A stretch of DNA of 61,646 nucleotides, filler included, from Rhabdomonas costata (lineage: Eukaryota): assembly GCA_019059605.1 (NCBI GenBank). It is 21 parts of 21 records of this genome, joined end to end, with 100 filler letters (N's around TTAATTAATTAA, not from the genome) between each part and the next. Parts side by side here need not be neighbours in the genome. Positions count along the whole stretch, not along the records: positions 49,984 to 52,821 come from JAHMHO010001926.1; positions 52,922 to 55,771 come from JAHMHO010001927.1; positions 55,872 to 58,709 come from JAHMHO010001928.1; positions 58,810 to 61,646 come from JAHMHO010001929.1; 17 more parts are not named here. The stretch is one strand, 5' to 3'. Position 1 is the stretch's first letter; every line of letters begins with the position of its first letter. A program made the translations under genes and the position numbers. Below are positions 50,200 through 61,646 of this stretch, piece by piece. The notes under the pieces are model-generated. The model was not told the origin of the DNA. It searched no databases and worked only from the letters and a program-made list of their open reading frames with translations.

Positions 50200-51678
50200 C
50201 GCAGTCCCCAACATCGCATGCAATGAATTTGGTGCTGCCGTCCGGGTGGGGGCAGGGCAACCCCCCGGCCACGGCTGGGCTGGTGACGCGGTACGTCGCC
50301 AGAGCCACCCCGGGGCCACAAGTTGTAGTGCACAGCCCGCCAATGACGTACAGCCCCGTGCAGTTCGCCGCACTCACTGTGGGCAAAGGATGCGGTTGGC
50401 TGGATCACTTGGAGCGGCGTGAGAGGTGGGGCTGTGACTGTGCCCACACTTGTGTGAAGCAATTCAACTGGGAGGGTCAGGGGTTGCAGGTCACTGAGCT
50501 ACCAGAAAATGCTAAAGGTAAATTTTCATGCGATTCAGACAGCTTGCTTCGAAACTTCAAAGGGAACTTGAAAGCGAGCTTGGCAAAAGTCCAAAGAGGG
50601 ACAAGGCGTAGAAACGAAATGCAAGCCCATGGTTCGTCAAAAGACGCACTGACTGCAGGTGGTGGGAGTGAGACTGGTCCCTTCAAAAAAATTTTCTTTT
50701 GGAATTCGGGAATTTTTTTGCCGAGAAGACGCCAAGCGTCCAGAAGCAGAGTGGTGGGGTAAAGTACTTAATTAGTGCCGTGTGCAAGCGGGGTAAAAAT
50801 GCTGGCAACGAGATCCCCACCATGCGGGCCGAATCACTACCGCATCCCAAGTAAACCGACACACATACACACACAGACAGCATCCAGAACTGGATCGTTC
50901 ACTGCACGGCGAGAAAAGGGCAAGAAAAAGGAAGGAGGAAACGAGCCCTAAGCCTTCTTGGCAACCTGGAACAACAGTGGGCTCTAGAGTGGGCACCACC
51001 GTCGGCACCATCGTTGGCACCGGCGTGGGTTCAGACTGCACAAAGGGGGATCTCTTGGTGGAGGGCTGGACCTGTGCAGCGGAGGCTGCTGCCCCCGCCG
51101 CTGCTGCTCCTGAGAGAGCCTGGGGTTCGACTGTGTGGAAAGCAGGCTTCGCAATGCACACCCACAACCGAAGTGTGGCGACAGAGGATGCTCGAGACGG
51201 GTGAGTTTTGCCCTTTTGGAGGGTTTTGAAGGGTATCCATGTGTCAGGACCAACGGCAGCACCCAGGCTGCGCGCGTCTTGACTTTTCTTTCCCCCTTCT
51301 CCAATTTTCTTTCGACCCTCCACCTCTAACATAAGTCGCCCCCACCTTTGGACAGCGGAACAGAAAATATTTTGCAAGGCGGAACAAGTCCCAGAAACTC
51401 TGAAAGGGCTTCCCATCAATGTTCACTGCAATAGAAGAAAAAAGGTAAGGAAACTGACTGATGAACGGAACGGGGCTGTGAGACACTGAGAGGGGAAGCA
51501 GCGGCATAAGTGGCAGATGAGTTTCAGGTCATTGGATACAAATACCTGCGGGTGTCCATTCGGTGGAAAGTGGAACCCCCAGGGTGGGTAGAGAATCCCC
51601 CATCAGTGCCAGCACGATCAGGAAGGCCCATGCGCGGGTGCTCGCCCAGGGAGACCAGTGCACAGATAATGACATCAT
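50200..51678 (-). CDS. Secreted/surface protein with PT-rich linker and thrombospondin type-1 (spondin-like) module, 5' exons
   Basis: Phase-1 exons 51678-51546 (signal peptide), 51109-50966 (EPTPVPTMVPTVVPT) and 50376-50200 (NCTG...CTTTCGPG...YRVTSPAVAGGLPCP...CDVGDC, six Cys). Confidence 0.7.
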
Positions 51679-53365
51679 TGCGGCCTACTCGGCGCGAGAC
51701 AGGCCACGCACACAAACACAGGGGAGAGCAAGACTGGCTACTTGGGTATCCAGTCCACCCGCGACATTGGGATAAAGGCAGGGAGGCAGCGGTTCATATC
51801 CCGTCTGCGGGGGAAATGAGGGGGGAAGCTACTGCCAATCGCCGCGAGGAAAACCGCTCCGAGATTGGTCGTTTGGGAAGGAAAAAGGTGAACAAATTAT
51901 GGGCACTCCCACACTCACACCTGCACACAAAAAATCAGGACAAAGCACAGGGCGAGAAAAAATCAAAGAGGTGACACCAGTAGTAATGCTGCGAAGAGAA
52001 GGCAGCAACAAAAAAAGTAAAGTCACGCGCATTGTGCAAAAAGCTTTTTGCTTCGGGTCGAATTCTCACTCATTTTAGGATTCCAGTGTTTAACGGGATG
52101 TAAGCCTTTGGGACACAGGTTTTGCAGCTCCAGCTCCAGTCGCCAGACCATTTCACCGCTGATCAACATCAACCAAAACCACAATCCCTCCAACCACTTC
52201 AGAGGTCTGCATATATACACTACTTAAAGACGCAAGCAGTGTCAGATCTGCGGGGAGATTGTTTTTGTTGTGTAACTTATTTCCCGCTGTGCCTGTAGCT
52301 TTTGTGAAGAGGAGGTTTTGCTCCCAAATTAGTCAATGATGTGGCTCGATGAGTATCTGATGTTCAGTTGCTGGGACAGCTGGGGTCCGGTGCAGAATCA
52401 CACCGAGCCAGTTACCTGGGAAGACGTAGGGCCCCTCGGCTCGTCATTACTATTGCCTGATAGTCCTGAGGTGACGGGGAATCAGAGACACCCAGACGTA
52501 CTCGACCCGGTCCACACCGGCCATTATTTGGCTCATGAGACAGGCGCTTCAGCGCAGCACTCAGCGGCTGAGCGCTCGCACACGGGTACCCCGTACTACG
52601 TTACACCGCGCGGAATCGAAGGAATTTCCAGATGGCCAGACGGAGTCCTTCGCCGACGGGATCGCAAACCTCCACACCTACTGCGACTCCCAGCCGGACG
52701 TCCACACTATCCAGTCTCACGGTAACACCCCCGCCGTCGCCGACATCAATAGCAAGGTTAACCTTGACTCTCACCCACGCCCACTGTGACGTCATCGCCA
52801 ACCTCCACAGAAACAACAACCNNNNNNNNNNNNNNNNNNNNNNNNNNNNNNNNNNNNNNNNNNNNTTAATTAATTAANNNNNNNNNNNNNNNNNNNNNNN
52901 NNNNNNNNNNNNNNNNNNNNNTGTTGGTTTTGAGGCTCGTGCCATTCTTTCAGCCTCCCCTTTCCCCTTTACACTGCCTTTTGGGCTCCCGAAACTAAGG
53001 TCCTGCTAAGCGTGCTACGTGGTGCTCTGGTTCAACTGGCTCCTCCAGCTTGACAAGGGCAGGGTTCGGCATCTGATATCGAGATGTCAAATTGCCTTTT
53101 TGTGCATTTCGGCTGAGACCCGAATTGGATTCTGCACTATGGGAGGGCCTCGACTTATGGCACGGAAGGATACCCACAAATGTGTGCGTGTGGCCCTTAC
53201 CAGAAGAGCATAGCGGATGGGGAGTTGCAAGCCTCAGTGCGACCGCCTCTCGAGCCCGAAAAAAAATGGTGGCGGTTTCGACCCCTGAAAGCCTGATAGG
53301 TAATCGGCCTAAATGGATTTTGAGACAACGGAAGAAAGAGTCAGAATGAAGAGAGGAGGACGCAC

Positions 53366-55327
53366 TGAAAGGCCAGGGCCACCGCAGACTGCCCGCTTGC
53401 ATTGCGGAGGTGCAGGTCCAGGCCAGGCTGTGCCAGCAAGGCCTCCACCACCGCGACCCGCCCGTGCGCACTGCCGCAGTGCAGCGCTGTGGAGCCCGAG
53501 CTATGGGGGAGATCGTGCGTGTGCCTGCATGATGAGGTTGGGTGTCTGCTGTCGTTGACGAAGCGCACAAAAGCAAAGGAGCAATCAGAAAAAACGAAAG
53601 AAAAGAGGAAAGCCTGGAGGCGACTTGAGTCCGCGAGGATGAAGGGCATACGAGTCTTTCTGGTTCAGGAAGGCGGTCCACTGCTCAGCTCCGAAGCTAT
53701 CCTTGCAGCGCAGCAGGGCCTCCACCACCGCGGCCTCCCCACAGACAGTGGCCAGGTGAAGCACAGTCTGTTTGGACAGGTGCAGGCGCAGGTATGGGTG
53801 TGGGTGTGCAACACGAAACTGCAAGTGTGCTCAGATTTTCAATGTGACGGTCAAAATCTCTTTTCCATAGTGTGTTTTATTGTGTTCTAAACTGTCCAAA
53901 ACGGTTTATCCCTAACCCGCCCCTTTACGCTCTCGAGTTCTGACGTCAATATCGGGTCTCGGCACGGTCCAATCAGGTCCAGTCCGGTCTAGCCTGGTCC
54001 GGGTGTGGGAGTGACTTGTTTGACATGGCACAGGAGCTGGCCGCGGAAACTCAGGAAAAGATGCGTCTCCGACGCGGTGCACGATTGCGCTTCCCCCTTC
54101 TTTCGAAAAGCCTTTCCATTGGGATGCACAGGATGCGCGAGCCGGCTTCTGGAGCTCATGCTGCCTCGTGGTTGTTGAATCCGCTGCATCCTTCGCACGC
54201 GGCGGTGACGGCTGGGGCTGCGGCGGAAGCTCGCGCTGAGGAGAAGGTGAAACTGTACGGCGGAAGCGTGGTGCCAATGTGGGCACCATCAACTGGCAAG
54301 GGGGTCCTGCATACGGGCGAGGGTTTCCGCGAGGTGGCGGCCAAGGTTTGGGGGCGGTATCGCAAGCTCTGGTCCGGGCGGTGGTGCGGCAGTTGGTGTG
54401 GGCGAGACCTTTTGCCTGGGCAAACTTTCGCAGGTATAGTGGCAGGGGGGGTTTTTGAGCATGCGTGCCGTCGATACCCTCCGTTGTACGGGGGAAAGAA
54501 GCGGCACACGATTTTAAAAAAATTAAGCAAAGACGCCCAGGGGCACGGGGTCCCGAGAAGGGTACACAGACCCCGGGCGTGCTTCGGCTTCGCCCTATGA
54601 TAGGCATAATGCCGTGTTCTTTGGGGGACATTTCCCATTTCCCGGAGACCATTCATCTCAGCATGATCAGGAATGTGAGCATACAAACGCCAGGATAGCA
54701 ATGAGAAAAACGTTCTCTCAAATTGATGGAGCGATTTCATTTCAGTGAAAAAAAACACCGCGAATGGAGTAAGAGGGAAGGAAATCTTTGCAATACACCG
54801 ACACCTCTCCGGCGGGAGTCGTAGTCTCCAGGGAAGCCTTCAACGCAAGCATTTGCTGCACCACCGAAAGGTCACCTACAAAAAAGGCACCAATTTGCGC
54901 ACGTTTGTCTGGTACTATTTGCGCGTGATCGGTTTGTTTTTCCTCGCTCTTCTTTCTTTTCGACGCCAGCCGGTTGGACGAAGAACCCATCGCAGGCCAT
55001 TTCGCGAAACGTCATCAACACAATCTGTTCAGACACGCAGTTTATCTCGGGGAAACACAAACATACAGTGTTGGAAATAAAGTTGCGCGGAGCAGCCGTT
55101 TGCTTTTCCCGCAAAATAATCGCACGGACTCACTGCAGTGGGCGGAAACACGAGCACTGGTATGGGGTTGAGGGCGAGTAGGGAAAGGAGATGAGTTCCT
55201 CACCAGAGTTGCACGCCAAATGCAGCGCGGTGAGGCCCTGTTTGTTGCGCAGGTTTAGGATGGCAGCAGCGGTGGACCCCCCGCAAGTCATCTCTACCTC
55301 ACCCAGCAGGAAGGACACCATCGCAGG
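53366..55327 (-). CDS. Ankyrin-repeat protein, internal exons
   Basis: Exons 55327-55204, 54875-54805, 53767-53652 and 53500-53366 in phase: GLTALHLAC, GETVLHLAT, GSTALHCGS, GQSAVALA. Confidence 0.9.
54000..54370 (+). mobile_element. Relic of a CRE-like non-LTR retrotransposon 3' end (restriction-like endonuclease region), antisense within an ankyrin-gene intron
   Basis: NPLHPSHAAVTAGAAAEARAEEKVKLYGGSVVPM resembles the RLE pattern (V/N)P.APS...AA..AE..K..KY....FVP. An upstream DAVHDC in another frame resembles RHDAVRD. Confidence 0.5.
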
Positions 55328-55731
55328 CTGTGCAGGATGGCCCAAAAGAACTTCAGTGTTCGGTGCAAAAATATGAAGAATGCACGGAGTCAGGAACAAG
55401 TTTACAAAGCGCGACAGCTCGTGTTTTTTCTGGGGGGGGAGGGGAGGAATGTTTTCCAAATTTCGATTGGAGCCTGTCCGCGAGAGTGACAAGTGCCCGC
55501 GAAGGAAGAATGACAGCAACCTGTTTCAAGATACATCAGAAAAAAACAGCTTAACATGCAACAACCGAAGCGAGGTGGGAGCATCCACACTGAAACCCCC
55601 GAAAAAAGCGTCTCAAAATGATCATATGAGACAGAGTACACGGGCCTTGCCTGCACTGATACCCTGCAGTGCCGCCGAGAACAGCTGTTTATCAACAATG
55701 AGACAGATGGAGACAGACGGCCAAAGTGGAC

Positions 55732-55735
<4 letters not shown>

Positions 55736-55765
<30 letters not shown>
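55736..55765. repeat. (CA)n microsatellite at contig end
   Basis: Direct reading of the sequence. Confidence 0.9.
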
Positions 55766-55767
<2 letters not shown>

Positions 55768-55918
55768 CACCNNNNNNNNNNNNNNNNNNNNNNNNNNNNN
55801 NNNNNNNNNNNNNNNTTAATTAATTAANNNNNNNNNNNNNNNNNNNNNNNNNNNNNNNNNNNNNNNNNNNNGGTTGGTGGTGGGAACTAAAGGGACAGGT
55901 TATTATGTCGGTGCAGAT

Positions 55919-55977
55919 GGGGTTATATATCCTTTTTGGGGGTTATATATCCTTTTTGGGGTTATATATCCTTTTTG
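55919..55977. repeat. Three tandem copies of a 19-20 nt unit GGGGTTATATATCCTTTTT
   Basis: Direct reading; head-to-tail with no spacers. Confidence 0.9.
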
Positions 55978-56482
55978 TGATGAAGTGGCAAGGGCATCCT
56001 GAAAGGCCTCTGCGAAACTCTATTGGCGGCTTTGAGGGGAATTCGATTCTGGAGAGGGGTTCCTTCTCTGGCAAAGTGCTAGGGACAGAACCTGGCTACC
56101 CAACGAGCGTATGTGCATTTCTGTATTTCTAATAAGCTGAAACCGGAGTCGCATGCGCAGGGGGGAAAAGACATGGTACCGTCCGATGGTGAAGACATCA
56201 GCATCTCACCTGCCGTGCAGCCTGAGTCCCCAGCTTCCCACTCAGCAGAGGGACACACTTACTCACTCACTCACTTTTTTGCATGTCTCTGTGAGCGCTG
56301 ACCCCCAGGGTCCCCTCACTTGGGCCTTCCAAATGAAGAGGCAACGCGTCGTGCCGGAAACGTTGCACGACAAGGGGTGAATCACTCGCTCGCACGCCCA
56401 CACCTACACAAAGCTTACTTGCATTCCCCAAGCACACTGCACAAGGGATTGCACTCGATTTTGGTCGGGCGCGAACGCCCAG

Positions 56483-58638
56483 GTGGGTTTGCGGTTGCGG
56501 CGGCCTCTGTGTTGGTCTTTGGGCTGAGTCCGGGGTTGCGTGGCGAGGCCCCAGGGTGGGCCTACGCCACCGCGGCCGCCCTGCTGGCGCTGTATAACAC
56601 CTTGGACGGCACCGACGGGAAGCAGGCGCGGCGCACTGGCAGTGGCAGCCCCTTGGGTCACCTCGTGGACCACGGAGTGGACGCCTTTGTGGGTGGGTGC
56701 GCGCCCCACGCACAGAGAAGGGAGACCATTCAACGGATCAGTTGATGTCGAGAAAAGTGTACTCTCAGTGGGAACGTCTTTTGTTGACTGCTGGATCTGG
56801 AGCAGTGTGCGACAGACCACACAACGGTGTCGTGTCTGAGAAACGAAAAACTAGCACCAAACCGCACAGCTAGTGCAGAAAGAGAGTGTATGGAATATCG
56901 TTTGATTTTTTTTATATTTGCGCATACACGCGCGCGCACACGCACACACACACACACTGACTCACAGTGAATCACACGGACGTTATATGGCTGCGTGTTG
57001 GTCAACTGGTTGTTGGTCAACCCCACCCTAACCGTACTGCTGGCTTTCTTGCGCCCTTTTCTGTGCGTTTGATAGTCGAAGTGTGCACAAACCAAAACGA
57101 AAGACCAGACTGACCAATTCGAATTCTTATCTCGATCCCGCTTCACTTGCAAATTGGGCTTGGGTGCTGTTTTTTCAGTAAGAAAATCCGCCTGCAAAGG
57201 TTCCTTCTTCGCGAAAACGCCTTCTTTTCCTTACCAAGATTGCTTTGAAATCCTGATGTCTAAACACGCCCCAATAGTGAAAAGTATTTCATGTCAAAAA
57301 ACACCAATCGCTCAAAGAGTTCTCAATCCCTAGTCTTGTTCCCCTGTTCCCCAATTCGAGACAAAAATCTATTCCCTTGAATGGGTCCACCTTGCCCTCC
57401 GGAGAGGGTCCCACGTGAAAGAGATCTTCCATTGAGTGGTCCGTTTTCCACCCTGGGACCCATCACCACAGGTGTGTTGCTGCCGGTGTGGGCCGCGGAT
57501 GCCGGCGGGCTAGGGCTGAGCAGCGCCTTGGTGCCGTTTCTTGTGTGCACGGTGCAGCTGGGGTTCTTTGTGAGCAACATGGTCATCTTTCACACGGGTG
57601 AGTGTTGTTAGTGCACGCCCCCCTCCCCTGAACCCCACGAGTCACGGGTCACGAGCATTCGCAGATTAAGTATTTCTTTTGCAAGCATCAAATGCAATGG
57701 CGTGGTATCTAGAAGGCCTTCGCATCGTCTTCCTCCTGTCGAACGAAAAGTCCCCACAGACGGTATTCATGAATGGGGATGCACCGGGATAAAGTTTGCT
57801 CTCTCACCACTGACGAGCTTGTTTTCGTGCGTTCTCTTCACATAGCAGTTCGGAATGTGGTTCCTGTTGCATTGGAACACTGTGAGTCTTCTCCTCTTCT
57901 TTGGAGCGCTTTACGTTTTTCCTGATACATTGGTTTGGGTGACTGGGACAGTGTATAAGGTTGTATACGTTTGTATATGTTTGTACATGTTTCTTTCCCT
58001 CCCCCCGTTATTTTCCTCTTTTCCAGACCAACCGCCTTGATGGAGAGTGATCTTCTTCACTTGCACTTCAGTTGATCCGAGATGTGCCTTGAGTTTTCAC
58101 ACCGGCATGACCAACCCTTTCCCGCCCCTCTCACGCAGGGCGACAGTTGTTTTTCTCGTTGGACGTGCAGGAGGCGGAATTCGCCGTGTTTATGGTTCTT
58201 CTGCTTCGGGCCTGCATGGGTCCAACCTTCTTCCAGTCCACCCCACTCGCGGGGCTGCTGCCCGGCCTACCGTTGGGGTCCTCTCCGTGGGCTCAGTGGC
58301 TCGCTACGTGGCTGACCAACCTCCGCGTGGCCGACATGCTGGCCCTAACTACAATTGTCTCGTGTCTGAAGAATGTTGGGGCCCACCTGTGGTGTATCGG
58401 CTCTTCCTACTGGAAGGCGTCCCCGACAAAGGCATGCAGTGCCACCGCTGCTGCCGTCACCACAACAACAACCTCTACTACTACTGACAGCGCCGCGCCA
58501 TCCCTGTCGACGGGGCCGCTGGCATCGCCATCTGTGAGTGTTGCCCAGCGCGACGTAGGTGGCGTTGGAGTGCACCTGCTGAACATTATCACCTTTGTGG
58601 GGCTGAATGGGTATCTCCTCTGGGGCCTCTGTACGCCG
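56483..58638 (+). CDS. Choline/ethanolamine phosphotransferase (CDP-alcohol phosphatidyltransferase, CEPT/EPT-like), internal exons
   Basis: Exons 56483-56692 (YNTLDGTDGKQARRTGSGSPLGHLVDHGVD signature), 57472-57597 and 58139 to ~58638 (HTGRQLFFSLDVQEAE). Confidence 0.93.
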
Positions 58639-59242
58639 GTTCCGTTGCCTGGTGAGAATGAGCCCAAAGTTTTGATGCCAGAAGCCTGCGTAGTGACACC
58701 CCCCCCACANNNNNNNNNNNNNNNNNNNNNNNNNNNNNNNNNNNNNNNNNNNNTTAATTAATTAANNNNNNNNNNNNNNNNNNNNNNNNNNNNNNNNNNN
58801 NNNNNNNNNGCAGGTTTGTTGCAAGCAGTAAGACTCGAGAGGGGGGGGGGAGTGCGCTTTTGGTACTGCTTAACACCTGGCGTTGAAAAAGGTGGCCTTG
58901 GTAATAACCCCTCGTAGACCACTTTTCTAATATGTGTTGACCATTCTACCGCTTCTGCTTTCTTTGAATGATTGTTGCATCGCTTTGCATCCAGCCAAAC
59001 GGTGAACCTTGCTGTTTTGCTGTTGTTCTTGCCACTTGCATGTGTACCAATGTTTCGCGTGGGACCGCGAGTTTAGAAAGACCTGGGCGTACGCTTCTCC
59101 GAGGAGTCAAACCAATATTATGAATTATGAATTAATAGTGCTGTGTTTGGACCCTGGAGCGGACAGAAGCCACACTGCGCCCTGCGCCTGCCACTGCGGT
59201 GTGTGCAGTGCAGTTTGTGCTGTGCACTGTGCCGCCTCTCAG

Positions 59243-60659
59243 CGCTGGGTGTTCTTCGCCAGCCTGCTGTGGAGCTCCGGAGGCCTCAGTGGAGCTTTAC
59301 TCAACGGTCCTGTTGCGGTGTGGCTTGGCCGGAGGCCGATGTACTTCCTGTACTTTGCGGCCTCTGGAGTCATCACTATGGCGAGCTTTGGCCCGCCGGA
59401 TATTCCGCCTGAGCTAAGACTGGCGCTTCTGTTTCCTGTGGGGTATGCCCCCCCCCCAAAGCTGCCGCGCACTCTGAACCCTCAGTTTGAGGTGGGCACT
59501 GGCGACACCTCTCCTTTTGGCACACTCTTCTGTCTGTTATTCTGTGATCTGGAAGACGATGTCAAAGAAGTAAAATGGGGTTTAAACAATGTGGCACTCA
59601 ATGTATCCAGTAGGAAAGAAGAGTCGCCGTTGTAATGTCAAGTTTCTGACGTTTGTGATTGGTTTCGTGTTTCCACACGCACACACGCGCCTTGCCTCCT
59701 TGCCTCCAGTATTCCGAGTATTTGTTCTTGTTGTGATCGGGATGCGCCCTCGATTTGCTGAGCGCATGCCGATTCAGAGCATCGCAATGCCGTTGGCTAT
59801 CTCTTCTGCGGACAGGGCGTTTTCTGCTGGGGTGTTCGCCAGCTTCACGTACTACCTGCCTGAGCTCTTCCCCCTGGAAGTGAGGGGTACAGGCACTGGG
59901 TTTTGCTACAACGCAGGCCGAATTGTCGCTGCAGGGTATCGCTGTCGTTGCCCCTTGTTCAGTCCGCCTCTGCTGTTTGTGTTAATGACCTGCGGTTATC
60001 CCCGGACTTTTGGCTGAACATTGTGGTGGAGCACCAGGAGTACCATCGCATTCCGGCTTTCTTGTTTGTGCAAGTTGGCCGCGAGCGCCCAATCACGTTT
60101 CTTGCTGAGTTTGGTCCCATCGCCAGCGTCCTGGGAGCACGCGTTTGTGGCCTCCACCTGCTCACAAGCATTGATCGGAACGCAAAAAAGCAATTCTTCA
60201 ACCCCCCCCTCTCTTCAAGGATCGTGTTCAGTCTTTGCTTTGTGGGATGCAAAATGCAGAGATTTGATCATCGGAAAGTCGGAAGTTTGTGCGGCCCTTC
60301 TATTCCACACACTTACACACACTGTTATTTCACACAGAGGGCCCTTCTCCCTGGGCACCATTAGTACCGCTCACGGGGACAAGCTGCTTAAGGCGATGTT
60401 CTGGGTCGGGGTGGTTCCTTTGGTGGGCGCGTGTCTGACTCCGTTCGTCGTGGAAACGAAGAATATCAATTACTTCACTGCGCCGCCGCAGGTAGTCAGC
60501 CGCGACGCTGATATTGTGGCCCCCGTCATCTCAGCAGCCGTCGGTCAAGGGAACGCTTTGCTGGACCAACTTCAGAGCAGAGCCCCTCCGTTTGCCACCG
60601 AAGAGTGCCCCACTCCTTCAGCCACTCCTCCCCCTGATACGCACCTCCTCGTCCGCTGA
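59243..60659 (+). CDS. MFS transporter, last three exons
   Basis: Exons 59243-59442, 59816-59935 and 60338-60659 in phase: WLGRRP, YYLPELFPLEVRGTGTGFCYNAGRIVAA, VETK. Confidence 0.92.
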
Positions 60660-61646
60660 GTACCTCATTGGAACCTTATCCATCAGTCGCCGCTCTCAAT
60701 TTGCTTCCAGGCCTTTGTCGGTTGTGGCCTGCTATTGAGTGTGTCTGCACTGCAGAGTGCAGCCGAACTCTGGCAGAAGCCTTGGTGGCATAGAAATTGA
60801 TGATGTATTGGAAGAACAGGCCGCAGAAGTTGCTGGGAAGCTGTTGCTCTCCTGCTGCTATCCCGTCGGGGGACTTCGGATGCTTGCGAGTCGACCTTTG
60901 GGTGCTGTAAACAGCATGCCCGACGGTGGCTGCTGATCACTTGCAATTTCACCACACCCCAACTGAACTAGGCTCCATGCAAGCACAAAGTCTCAGCCTT
61001 TGGCGGGTCTCATTTATCTTTCAAGGAGGAGCCAAGTTTGTTTTTGGTTTGTGGTGTTAAGGATAGGTGTGTGCCTGTATGACTTAAAAGCCTGACGGAC
61101 AAAGCACTTGTATTTTGTTTGATAGGTGGGAGGAGGACGTGTATATTTGTGCTTCGAAATGAGGTGAAAAAAAGAATTGGTTAGGATACAACAGACCAGC
61201 AGTCAGCTAGGAAAAAGGCAGCATTTTGCAGCCTGAGGCCCGGCTACCCGTGGACTGATCGGAGTCTCGAGCAATCACGACATTTGAGATAACGGCTGAG
61301 AATGGTGACATTTCGATGAGGCAAGGGCCACTTCCCAAGCGTCGCTTCCCAAGAGCTGCTTTTATTCAGAATATCAGAAGTTAGTTACAAGGCAGGCTTC
61401 ATCAGGAATCACGAATCTGATGTTTTCACCACGTCAACTTGCACGATAATGTAGGAGGCAGGAGACACAAAAAAAGGAGAAATGTTCGAATTGCGAATCT
61501 CGACCACGCTGGCATTCCTTTTGGCATTCTTGAAACCAAGCGTTTATGATGAAACCACATGCTTGTAGTTCAAGGGCACTCGCAACTTTTTGCAAGAACG
61601 TGAGCAATGTGACCATTGTCCGGTGCTGCTGTTGCCCACCACCACC

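Noticed and set aside
55919..55977. Semi-palindromic 19-20 nt repeats as a mini-CRISPR
   Set aside because: Head-to-tail with no spacers, eukaryotic context and no cas genes; a simple minisatellite.

Overview
This is not a contiguous locus. It is 21 unrelated ~2.84-kb contigs joined by artificial spacers (44 N + TTAATTAATTAA + 44 N). Most contig ends are G/T-only at the 5' end and A/C-only at the 3' end, the signature of degenerate-primer whole-genome amplification. The DNA is from an intron-rich eukaryote. Donor sites of the GT-[A/G/T]-Y-G type, AG acceptors just before start codons and a short match to the euglenid spliced leader point to a euglenid (inference). I rebuilt partial spliced genes by hand: a DUF3431-like protein, a nucleotide-sugar transporter, a bacterial-type adenylate cyclase, a mitochondrial carrier, an old yellow enzyme, XPF/ERCC4, a RhoGDI-like protein, a PDI, a linker histone H1 with a winged-helix domain, a hybrid-kinase-type receiver domain, FTHFS, RPB11 (GC-AG intron), a TSP1 protein, an ankyrin protein, a CEPT-like phosphotransferase and an MFS transporter. 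The most unusual items are a ~2-kb intronless orphan reading frame broken by several apparent 1-nt deletions (23530-25583), the globular-domain H1, a CRE-like retroelement relic, an SL-like relic and hAT/MITE-like elements. No CRISPR array, rRNA or confident tRNA was seen. No neighbourhood inference is valid across spacers, and I cannot support a confident new multi-gene system.
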